A stretch of 64,000 nucleotides of DNA from Dimorphilus gyrociliatus. Taxonomy: Eukaryota > Animalia > Annelida. The first letter of the stretch is position 1; every line of letters begins with the position of its first letter. Positions 38,120 to 50,339 of the stretch are shown one piece after another. A model generated the notes under the pieces. It did not search any database. It worked only from the letters and a program-made list of their open reading frames with translations, and was not told where the DNA came from. The translations under genes were made by a program, and so were the position numbers. The stretch is taken from NCBI GenBank assembly GCA_904063045.1, contig CAJFCJ010000006.1, positions 4,232,408-4,296,407 on the forward strand, in the 5' to 3' direction.

Positions 38120-39949
38120 ATGCAGTTTTCTCCGGATGTATCTTCAGAAGAAGAAACTTACGAAGCACCATCAGCTCTCTCTACTATCAGCGATCTTCTT
38201 TGCGCTCTGGTTGAACGAAATGAGAAAAATCAGCTGATAGATTTGTTAAAGCTTCATTTAAACTTGGATGAAACTAATATAATTAAAGTATTGAGGTACT
38301 TAAAAAAGTCACGTGACCTTTTATTGCGAAATTCTCATCCGTCATTAGTAAGACAAAACAATTGTGAATAAAATAAGATATTTCACCCCTTATTTATTTA
38401 AATATTTAAAAGGCAGTCTTTTTTAAGTACTTCAATTGATAGTATTTGCGTGAAAAGGAGAAATCTTGATTATTTTCATACTATATGTTATTATTTCTCG
38501 GAAAATGGGTGTCATCAAAACCTATCACCCAGATCACGGGACTCACGAATAAAGCATGTCTTTCCAATAATAAGGAAATTAATAAGATATGGTAGAGACG
38601 ATCTACTTGAATTATTTTTAAATTGTTTCAAAGACATAATTAATTCAAGTTTTATAAACAAATACGTAAATTACGGAGGAGAATGGATAAAAATTGAACA
38701 GATTACAACAAAGAAAGAAAGATACGGCTGTTTATTATTGCTAATAAGACATAATCAATTTTTAAAACCAAATACAGATCCTCTATTAGCAACAATCGTC
38801 AATTCAACATACGAAAAGAAAATTGAATTATTTTTCGCCATATTAAATCAATATGGAATAAATGAAAATACTGTGAGAAAGTATTGCGGCGTTGTCTTTC
38901 TCCTACTACAAAATCATGTTCCTTTTGATACGATTTGCACAATACTTACTGAGGCAAAGATTGTAACTGCATTTGAGAAATTTATGGTAAATCATCGTTA
39001 CGATTGTATGAAACATCTAATAAAATTTCATCTAGTTGATGTAGTTGATGAAATTTCTAAGAGAACGGGTCTTGGGTTTAAAAAAGAAGATGTTATTCAT
39101 TGTTTACTTTACTGCCAAAATTTTGACTTTTATATTAATAAATATCCGAATTTTTTCAGAACCTACTTTCTCAGTATAACACAGGATATAGATTACTACG
39201 AAGAGTCAATAATTCGGCGAAGAATGACTTTTGTTCATAAAATGATATCTCATCCTATTTTTAAGGATAGTCTAACTGAAGTTTCAAAGGTTTTATCATA
39301 TCTCTGCGCTTGTCAACTATCTTCTTTATCCTTTGATGTTACAACAATAGAATCTTTGGGTCTCTTGATTTTTACAAGCGATATAGGAGATGGTCTAAAC
39401 GAGGAATTTCTAAGGCAACTACTAAACATTCCCTTCAATCTTGATTCAGAATTGTGTAATCTTATTATCGGAACATTGATAATTTTCGGCTACAATTTTT
39501 CGACGAGAATCTGCGACCGACTAGAACTTTTACGGAATCATCCATCTACGCTATCTTTGTTAGCATCCGCCGCAGATAATAAACTTTGGTCTTCAATAGT
39601 CAAAATTTATTCAGATTTCAGGCAAACTCTGTCTCTTAAACGTTTAGCAATTTGCCAGATAAGAAGATCAATGAAAAGGCCATTTGTAAACAATATTGAA
39701 AGTCTTGTAAACAATTTTAAACTTCCAAGGTTATTTAAAGATATGTTAGAGATGAGATCGTATGTAACATCTGTAACAGATGTGATACCGATAACACAAA
39801 CGGATGAAGGTCCGTTAGTATTGGAAAAATTTAATAAGAGACTAAACAAATTCGAAGAAAAGAAAACAACTGAAGAATTAACTTTTGACATTCGATTTAC
39901 ATATGATGAAGGTGATAAATATCATCATGGATTTATTTGCACTCAGTAA
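38120..39949 (+). CDS. Helical protein with C-terminal SOCS box (putative Elongin BC E3 adaptor), two exons
   Basis: RQTLSLKRLAICQIRRSMKRPFVNNIESLVNNFKLPRLFKDML (~39620-39750) fits the SOCS box pattern; the upstream part is helical with no clearly recognisable domain. Confidence 0.6.
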
Positions 39950-40289
39950 GCAGAGACTAATGAAAAATCGTCTATTAAACATATAAATGCAGCACTTGCT
40001 AGCATAATCCGTTTCCAATTAATAATGATCCCTTTGGTTCTAAATCTTATTTAAGCTTTTATAAAAAGAAAATAATTGTATTATAAAACAAACTGTACTT
40101 TTATAGTTTATACAATGAAAAAATAAAAAAAATAACGCATCCTTTTTATAATAGACTATAAAAAACCTAGTTGTCATATAAAACTGTAATAAACAATTAT
40201 TAAATTTCTATGTAGATAAACAATATTAAATAAGTATAAAATTTTTAAAGAAAAGAAAACAATATACATTCTTCACATGATAGATTTCT

Positions 40290-41712
40290 CTAATGAATTA
40301 GAGTAGCAACAAAGAAGGTGAGAAGAGTAATTGAGATGGAAGAAATTGATTGATTTATATTAGCAGAGGCTCTTGGTATACCCCTCTTTATAGACGGCAT
40401 AGGAATTTCAGATTCCTCCAATAATATCTTTGCCGATGATTTTCCTTCAACGTTATTAATTTCGCATGTATATTCACCGTAGTCCTCTTGTTGTACTCCA
40501 TTTATTATTAGCTCATAGATAAATCGATTAAAAGCCCCTTTTACAGCATTAACAACATATCTAAAGAACAAATTACATAATTCAATATAGTTAATTTATT
40601 GGATTTTTCTATTTTACCTTCCACTGCTGACCGTAAACGTTTGAAGTGTACTTCCACTCCTCCTCTTCCACGACAAACCAATGGGATACGGATTTGTTTC
40701 AGCAAGACATTGCAATTCGATGACGTATCCAAGTTTTTGTTTCAAAATTCTATTTTGGACCCTGATTTCAGCTTTAAAACGAACTCCTACTGTAATATCT
40801 CGGGCTATTTCTCCCATAATATTCCACGATCTACACCGATACACTCCTCTATCTTGAGGTTTGATTGATTTTATTTCTAATGTTGAATTCTATAAAAAGT
40901 CATTAATAATAAATAATTTATTAAAGATGATTCATAGCTGAATGGTAATTATCCCTTACCTGGAATCTTTCTCTACCTATTGGCAATAGAGCATTTCCCA
41001 ATCTTGTCCATTCAATATAAGGTTTTGGATAGCCTGTAGTTGAACAATTCAAGATAACTTTATAGCCGTTCTTATATATCGAATCAGAAGTTGTTTGGTC
41101 ATTAACAAAAACGGGTGCAGCTGCAAAGATGACGAAAGAAATAGGAATTATTGTTTGTTTATTAAATTAATCGAACAATATCTTAAACATACCATTAACT
41201 AAGACATTAACGTATGCTTTGCTTTTGGAGTATTTGTCTAGGTAAACATGACAGATATAAACTCCAGAATCTGTCAGCTGAACAGCCTTTATTCTTAATC
41301 TCCAGGTAAACTCCTTGGGTTTTTCGATTGCTAATTATGGAATAATATTACTAATTTATATATTTCTAATAGATAATGTAGCGTACCATATCTCGTATTA
41401 TCTGAAGGATATTCATTTCTTGAAATAGACTTTACAGATGATGAGAACTCTTTTTCAAATCTAACATTTATGTTTTCTCGTAAATTCTCCACGTGACACC
41501 ATATTGTTATATCTTTTCCTCGTTGTGCTCTTATAACGTTTCCTCGTTGTTCCGGTTCTGTTCTTGTTATCCGAACTATTGGATCCTGAGCACTTGCTAT
41601 ACAAGAGATTAAAAAACTTGGATCTCTCTAATCTCATACTAAAATTATCAGTATAATCATATCACTTACCGAATGTTATCAACAATGTGAAAAGATAAAG
41701 TGATTTTTCCAT
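40290..41712 (-). CDS. Lachesin/IgLON-like three-Ig-domain cell adhesion protein, probably GPI-anchored, multi-exon
   Basis: Signal peptide MEKSLYLFTLLITF; three Ig domains (WCHV...DSGVYIC; LNCSTTGYPKPYIEW...DRGVYRC; LQCLAETNP...DYGEYTC); hydrophobic C-terminal tail. Confidence 0.82.
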
Positions 41713-42073
41713 ATCTTTATATTATACTTCACATTTATCTAGATTTGCCTTCTCTCTCACCTGTACTTTCATCAGTCGCGCATGCGCACTTGCCCAGGTA
41801 ACTAGATTTTTCAACAAGACAGGTTTGACTAAATACGGTATGGAAATACTACAACTGATTCATCCATACACACTATAACTGAAATTAACCGTCGGATTAG
41901 TAAATATCATAAACATCTCAAGATTTAAAGGTAATTAAGCGTTTTTTGCCTTGTTTTAATTAATTTTTATATTTTGAGTAAACGCATGATTACGTAATAT
42001 TTTTTTGAAGTTTTTTTTTAATTATTTTCGTGTTTTAATTTAAAAAATCTACCATGAAAGTTAAAATTATAGC

Positions 42074-43389
42074 ATGATAGAGATAAGCTTCCTTTTTATC
42101 TTCTTTTTCAAATACTCAATAGCAGGAACAAATAACACCGTATCATTTAATCAATCTATTGTATCAACTTATTCGATTGATAAACAATCAGTAATATTAA
42201 ATAATGATGTAGTTAATATAAACAATGATAATAGAGAAGAAGAAAATCTAAGAATTGGAGTAATAGTTAAAGTACTATCTTCAAGTAATACAATTGAGCA
42301 AATCCCATGTAAATATTCATTTTGCCAAAAAGATTTCTCCATTCGACTAAAACCTTTAGACAAAGATTTAAAACATGAGGCGAATTACTCTTCCAAAGAT
42401 TATATATGTTCTGTATTAAAGAAAGATAATTCTTCTATGAAATGTAAAAATCTTAACGTCTATTGTACGGAAAAAGCTAGAGAATTGGAAGTGGAGATTT
42501 ATGCCAAAGATGATATCGAATTGAATGATTTCTTAGAAATTTCATTAACTCTATTTAACTGCTCAAAAGTTTATATAAATGGAAATAACTACACTGGAAC
42601 TATTAGAAAGTATGGACTAAATATACAAAGTAGATCATTCTTCGCTTATCAACCATGTTTCAAAGCTGTCAAATCAGGAAATCTCCACTATTTTTCCTAT
42701 TTCGAGCAGATTGAGTTGTTTGATAATAGCCTTCTATCTTATCCGAAAGACGATGAATGCCATCCCCTCGGCAGCAATAACGTTCATATAAATTTCAATT
42801 CGAATCAAGAGACAAAAGGCCTTGTTAAATTTAATGTTGAACAATTCTTCAAAAGATATCCCCAATCGAATAATTTAACCATTTTAGCGCCTTTTCGAAC
42901 AATTCTATTCGATGGAGAAATAGAATATATAACAAAGTTGAAAGATGCTACAGAGGGTAATTTTAATAATATGAGAAGGTGCGTTATTTGTACAAACAAC
43001 ACGTTGTCTCTATCAAAAGGTCGGTGTTTCCTTGATATTCTTTATATTTTCTACGAAAAAAATCACTTGTAATTGTATATACAGTATATTTAAATATATA
43101 TATATATATATATGTAGGAATAGAAATGAATATTTGTGAAATGGATGAAAATATCTGCAAAGAATTCCTTGCTCAAAAAAAAGGTGTTGAAGTCTCTTCC
43201 AACTGGTCAATCTATTTATTTGTAATTCTTACCGTAACGTCAATAGTGATAGCTGCCTTTTTTATAAAAAATTCATCCAAGTTTAGAAACTATTTTAATA
43301 AATCAGCATCAGGTTATTACGGTTCGTATAAGAGAAAACCTCCAAGAATACTCCATTGGGACGTTATAAACGAAGAAACATTTGAATAA
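42074..43389 (+). CDS. Uncharacterised type I membrane protein, two exons
   Basis: Signal peptide, Cys- and N-glycan-sequon-rich ectodomain, intron (~43021-43118), TM WSIYLFVILTVTSIVIAAFFI, short cytoplasmic tail. No family recognised. Confidence 0.6.
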
Positions 43390-43745
43390 AACTTCATAAA
43401 TTAATTAAACTAAATATAAATATATAGTAATTTTCGTTTGTAATAAACCATAGAAAAGAAAATCTAGCTAATGAAAGAAAGCTTCATTAAAACGGTTCTA
43501 AGTTCATTTATATCGTAGAGATTATCTGAATTAGAAATCATCAATCATTTGATACGAGAATATATTTCTATATACTGTATAATTTATTTTTTATATATTG
43601 CATATATATATATATAAAGCTCTTATTGACTATATCACACAATTAAACTCATATGAGAAACAAAATGAAGATAATGATGTGTTCAAAAAGATTAACCAAA
43701 TTCAAATATTAGCTGTTCTGTATTTATTTATTCAATAATTTTATT

Positions 43746-46278
43746 ATGGAAAAGGACGTTAAAACTGGCGTAAAACATATTAAGGAAACTAGGAAAAAAG
43801 CTCAAAAAATAGCGAAAAAGAAAGGTAAAAAAGCCATCAAATTTGCTGGTAAAACTCTAAAGAAGAGTAAACCACTTCCTCTCTTTTCTATATTTGAAAG
43901 TGGCCGAACGAATCTATTGTTCTTACTATTAATTGGCAATGGTATATTTTTTCTTCTTAGCCTTGTGCAAATAATTTGGGGTTCTATAGCTGGAAAAGAA
44001 TTGAACGAGGCGCTAAAAGTTCCTCAATTCCAAACTGCTCAAAGGGTAAATCTAGCGACTCTCATGGGAGTTTTAGCTGGATTTCAAATGACTCTAACCC
44101 TATTTAGTAGTTGGATCAATTATTTTGTCTATAAGGGCGGTGAGACTAGAAGAAACTGGGCTCGTACCAATTATTTTTTAAGCTGGGCTGAATTATTAAA
44201 CATAATCGTACTTTTAATATTCCTGATAGTCATTACTGTTGCTGTTGATCAAGTTCAAACAGTTGTCGATGAAATCTTTGAAAAAGGAATGAAATCTGAC
44301 AAATATTTAAAAATGAAACCTGTATTAGATAAAATGCAATTTACTCATCAATGCTGCGGTAAAAATAGCCCAGATGAATGGTTTACTGTTGGTTGGCAAG
44401 AGGCCCTGCAACAGTGAGTGTCAAAGTTTTTTACTATCCATCATACTATTTAATAATATAATCGAGACGTCACTTTTAATAAATTAAATTTAAAGTTCTT
44501 ATTGCCAGGGATGGAAATATTTTCCAAACTATAGAAAACTCTGTACCAGCAAGTTGTTGTATGAGAGACGCTCCATCTCCCTGCATCAATAAAAATGTTG
44601 TTGAGCCAGGGATCATTACTGGTTATAATTGGAAAAATGGCAATAAAGTCTCTGTCAATCAGATCGGTTGTTCAAAAATAATAGGCTCCTACATGAACGA
44701 TAGATTTATTTACCCCTTCAAATGCTATATAGGCATACTATTAGCTTTATCAGTTCGTTACAAAACTAATAAATACTATAGCCATTACTCTTCACCTTAT
44801 ATATACAGGTCATCAAATTTCTTCTTCAGCGAATATTAGAAACTTCGATAACTGAAGCTTGTAAATATGACTTACCATTTTCAGCCGACGATCCAGCGTA
44901 TGGCTACATATTTAAGGGTTGGGGTTCAACGCCTCCTAATCTTTTAGAAGACGCTAGTAAAGTTTACGCTTATGAGTTATGTAAACAAGCCGGTGTAGAT
45001 CCGAGTATGATATTCGGTGAAGGCGAAACATTAGCAATAGTCATGAGTAATTTAGGTTGTAAAACTGCAAAAGAATGTTCGAATTTCATTAAAAAGTGTG
45101 AAGAAGATTTTAAGGAGAGATTAAACGAAGAATCAGATGAAAACCACAAATATAAAGAATTACTACGACTCGCTCAGGAGCTTGAATCAGAAGCTGTACA
45201 AGCTCAAATATCGGGAGAAGAGTCAAATGTTGATGATGAATCTATAGAACAGAAAGATGAAGAAGAGATTGACCATGTGGAAGAAAGTGACAAGGATGAA
45301 AATGATGACGAAGATGATGAAGAAAGTCACGACAATAGTGAAGAAGAAAAAGAAGATCCCGAAAGCGATAATGAACAAGAGGACGTAAAGAACGGCGGAG
45401 TCAACATTGATAAAGATCTCACAGAAAAGAAGTTAACGCCGAAAAGCAAGAAGAAAGAACAAACTATAAAAACTACTACCGATAAATCAAAAAGACAAGG
45501 CCAGCAGAAGAAGTTAAAGAAAACAACCGATGAACATCGTGACAAGAAAGCCGATAGGGAGACAAAAAAAAAGAAAGATTTAACAAAAGATGAGGAGGTG
45601 GGAAAAATCACTGAGGGAAAAAAAGCTAATCGTTCTAAAAAAGTTCAGAAGGAAGATAAAGAGGGGGAAAACCAAAAGATAAAAAAATCTCCTACGTCTA
45701 AGGGAGTTAAAGGGGAATCAAATGTACAAAAATCGCAAAAAGATATTAAAAGTAAGGTGAAAGCAACCCAGGAAACTACTCAAAAGAAACCGACAAATGA
45801 AGCTAGACAGGACAAGAAGAAACAAATTCCGCATAAAGATCAAGAAAATCGTCAAAAATTAAAAGAAACGAAAACAACCGACGCGGAAAGGCAACCTAAA
45901 AAGAAAGCTACGGCTGACGAAAAACAAGGTAAAAGTCTGAATAGAGCTCATAAAAAACAGGAAACTACAGAATCTAAAACTAAGCAGGAGGCAACGCCTA
46001 AACGTAAGAAGGATAGAGAAGCTAAAACAGATGGGAAACTCATAGAAAATCCCGCTCAAGTCAACACTAAAGAAAAGGCGACTAAAAGAGCCAAAAGTCC
46101 AAGAGGTCAAGGAAGAGACGAAGACGATAATGAAAGGGGCAAAAAACGACAAATTAGATTTTCTAGTCGGAAACTAAGCGACTTCGTAGGAAGTCCGTCA
46201 GTTCAATTTGGAGATTTTACGGTTCACGCTGAGGATGAAATTGTTCAGAGACTTAGACTAATAGGATCTAATCATTGA
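43746..46278 (+). CDS. Peripherin-2/ROM1-like tetraspanin with very long charged C-terminal tail, three exons
   Basis: Four TMs; EC2 QFTHQCCGKNSPDEWFTVGWQ ... VPASCCMRDAPSPCIN ... GC matching the peripherin pattern. The last exon starts at 44809 and reads in frame (66 codons) into ORF 45007-46278. Confidence 0.75.
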
Positions 46279-46955
46279 TTTGTTTTGTTGATATTTGTCG
46301 TTTAGATACGATATCGGTACGTTCAAGTTTCGCAATCATTAGTTGTTTAAGTTGTTTTTCATAGCAAACTAAACAAAGGTTATAAGTTGAGTATAAGTTT
46401 TCAGCTGTTTTTACTACTTGCACGTTTTAAATTTTAACGACAATATAGCAAAAAAAAAAGGAAATTTGATAGTTAAATGCATAGCTACTTAAATACAACT
46501 TCTACATCAACTAGCTGCTAAATATACAAAAAAGTAAGTAGTTTTTACGCTTCAAGTTACAAAACTTGCAAGGTATGAACACAAATATATAGATATCACA
46601 CCGGACGATAATGAGTGAAATAGGAGGCACTGACGTTGCAAAATATTCAGAGATATCAAGCAATAAACTTTATAGCAGTTTAATTAACACAAGTTTTAGA
46701 AAAAAAAGTATGTTATAAATATATAAGCCACACTTTGAACAACACTAATATACTGCTTTGGCAGGAGCAAAGAAATCTTTCTAATTTCATAATTTCATAA
46801 GCTACAACCTTTACTGCTCGTTTCAAAAGTATAGTAAACATCGTAGAAAAAAAAAAGGAATATGAACACAATTTACGCAAGCAAACAGATTAGAATCGCA
46901 TTTAAAAATCAGTGTTATAAGCGACACCGAGAATTAACAGGTTTTGCGAGTTTAT

Positions 46956-48501
46956 TTATGCTTCCTGTGGCTTAGCTTCAATAATCTCTGATTTTATTTT
47001 CTCTTTGTCTTCAGGTTCCATTTCTTTTTTTGGTTCTTCAATCTCAACTGAAAGTAGATTAATTAAAACAATATTTCACGGCAGTGCAAATATACAAATA
47101 TATACCATCTTTCTTTTCATCGCTCTGTTCTTTTTTTACATCTTTCTTCTCTTCTTCTTTGTTTTCTTCCTTTTCTTCTTCCTTTTCGTTGCTTTCCTCC
47201 TTTCCATTTTCTTCCAGTTTTTTCTTCTCTTCGGGAGGCGGTGGAATGGGAGCCTCTATTGGTTCAAAACCGTCCATTTTGCTGTAGCCGCCGCCGATTT
47301 TCCAAATAGTCTCCCACTTTTCCTTATCTTGAGTCTCAGCTGACGATTCTGCCTCAGTATTGTTTTGATAATACTTTCCAGAAACGCCTGTATAATAGAT
47401 AAATTAATAAGCCAATTTAAATTAATTACTTCATTTCTCATACCTTTGAATTTTTCATCGAGTACCAGTGAGTAAATAGCAGCAGCTCCTTGACTTACAG
47501 ATTTAGCTTGTTTAGAAACACGTAAAACGGGACCAATTACGTAACGATGTAGCAGTCTAACAGTTGTGCTTTGTTGGCGAGAAATATCTGTTGCTGGAAC
47601 AAAACCCGGACATACGCAATTGACAGATACACCAGTACCTTCTAATCGTTTCGCCAATTCGTATGTCATCATAATAGTGCAAGCCTTAGAATTTTTGTAT
47701 GCATTCATTCCGCTATAAGCTCCTTCTTTAGCCAAAAGAATATCTTCGAAATCTAAAGGCTGTACATTCCATTGTTTTCTACAGTTATTAACATCGTGAA
47801 GTCTTGTAACAACATTAACAATTCTGGCATCTCCACTGTCAGCTCCCGTAGTTTTGAGATCCTCCAAAAGCAAATTAGTGAGAAGAAAAGGTCCAAAGAA
47901 ATTAGTAGCCATAGTTAATTCAATGTTGTCCCCATTAAACTGCCTGTCCAAGTCTTTTTTATTGAGCAGAATACCCGCATTGTTAACCAAGACGTGTAAT
48001 TTCTTGCCTGTTGACCGGAATTCTTCAACGAATTTACGAATACTGGAGAAATCCGATAGGTCAACCTAAAAATACAGAGAAGAAATTGTTTAAAGAAAAT
48101 CGATACTAAATATATCCTATTTCTATTTCTACCTATTCGGCTCCTACCCACCCATCTTTCTTAAAATAAAAATATGAAACGCTACAGCTGTTGCAAGCTA
48201 TCCCCCTAGCAATCAAAGGCAAGTTGCAGTCGATTTCTACAAGTGTACTCGACGCCTTAGCACGTGTGAAGAATACGTCAGTTTATCTAAAAGGGGTATG
48301 GTGAAATATTGTTGTATATACCTTCATGAAAGTCGCTAGAGCATTGGGATTGGCGTTTTTTATCTTTTCAATCGCTGTTTTAGCCTTGTTTTCATCCCGA
48401 CAAGCTAAGATTGTATCATTTCCACCTTCACACAGGTATCTCGCTACCTCATAGCCGATTCCACTGCTGGCTCCAGTCACAATAATAGTTCGCCCAGTCA
48501 T
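46956..48501 (-). CDS. Short-chain dehydrogenase/reductase, retinol dehydrogenase 12/13/14-like, with acidic tail, multi-exon
   Basis: TGASSGIG, LVNNAG, catalytic AYKNSK, VCPGFVPAT; Glu/Lys-rich tail; stop TAA at 46956. Confidence 0.9.
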
Positions 48502-50339
48502 CGTGTCTGTAGGCAAATGGAAAATTAAATTACGTCCAGTAGACCCGGCTTATACTGGTCATCAACCAGTAGTGAAAAAATATAGAAAAGCCCTTAATAA
48601 ATATCATATATAATTCTATTTGGCTACCTTAAACAATAATAAAATATATATAAACAGCTGCTTGTGTTCCGGCTTCTTCCAAATTGATGAATAATTTGAC
48701 AACCGCCTTAGTAAAATTACAATGTGTTTGTTACATAAGACCGGAAATCGTTATCAGTTTAAAAAATAGACTCTTCCCAAACATTACCACCCCTATAAAT
48801 CTTACACTTTATCCCTTTATCGGTTCAGTATAATTTCTTTTAAAAAAACAGAGAGCAGACGAAAAACCTCTAAATAGGATGTCAGTTTGTACAGTACAAT
48901 TTAGAATGTATGTCAATTAAATAGTAATTTTTCTATTTATTTCCAATAGTCTATGAATTAAAAATTATAATGTACTTTTATAAATAGTAGAGCTATATAT
49001 AATTTGATAAAAGTCGTTTCATTCTGTTATTATACTTAATAAAAAAAACAATTAAGCAGTAAAGTCCTTATTCTTTTTTATTGAAACATTAGTAAGGCTA
49101 GAAGATGGATAAATTTTGGTAAGCAGACAATGGTATTAATCCCCATTATACTGTTTGTCACTTTTATCAAAACCTTGTTTCCTAGGGGAAGATATCCTTT
49201 AGGGTTTTTAGGGCAATAGAATGTTTCAAACTTCATTCCATTCCACCGATTGCACTTGAGAATATAACAACGAAATTCGCATAAACTAAATCTTTGCTAC
49301 GAAATTTCCGTATGTTACCATAATATCAAATCAAGAGGTATCTACCACTATTTTTCGATTTCTTTTTTTTCAAGGATAGAAGCCTTATTTCAATATTATT
49401 ATGCTATATTTAATATTTTTGTCAAATACTAAGAGTATAGTACTATGAATAAATTTACTAAAATCAATTTTGAAACACATTTACTAACAAAATGTTGGAT
49501 TCAGGGGTTAAACCCCAGTCAAAGTCTAGACACGCCTCTATCAAATATGCCATTATTCACTGCCGCAGTTTCGGCGTAATGTAACGATTTCATTAAAAAT
49601 TGGGTCACTGCTAAAAGTATAAAATAGTATTTAAGTGAAAGCAGTGCACGTTTGAGACGTCGTGGTGGCTTTTCTATCTAGTTAGTTCACACATTGTATT
49701 TCTTATTTTCAATTAAGTGCATAATTATTGCAATTTATCTTGAATTATATTTAGTACATAATGAACTTCAGCTTAAAATCAATCCTAAGAATAAAAAAAA
49801 ACTTACGCTTTCAATAAATGTAAAAATCCCGCCAAACTTCAGTAACCAGTGCGCGTAATGAGAACGAAAATGAGCACTATATAGTTCGTTTGTATTATAG
49901 CGCACGAAGTAATAACGGTTAAGAGAGAATGTTTTAAAAACTTTTTTAAGCAAAAGATTGTTTTATATTATAATTTTTTTTATACGATTAAAACAATAAA
50001 AGCATTTTTAGTTTGCACCTAAAAATTTTATATTTTTAAAAGGACTATTTTAAGATCGGTTCCCTATCACAACCTTAGATTTAATTTACCCTAGTGAATC
50101 GGAATCTGCACCCTCACTAAACCAACCGGCCATTTTTGAAGTTAGGAAGCTGATTGCGAAAGCAAATTTCATTCTTTTATTCATATTTTGAAGATATTTA
50201 GTAAATATTACTTATTATAACTGCTGAAAAGTCTTTTTTAACCATTTGAGATTTTATTTCAAGTTTTAAAGATTTAGTAAAACAAAATGATACCACAAAG
50301 TTTGATTCTCATTTAAAAATTCTTTATTTTCAGATTAAG

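Noticed and set aside
49503-49540. GGGGTTAAACCCC palindrome and GACACGCCTCT, resembling the end of a non-autonomous DNA transposon
   Set aside because: No second terminal repeat or target-site duplication was found in the window.
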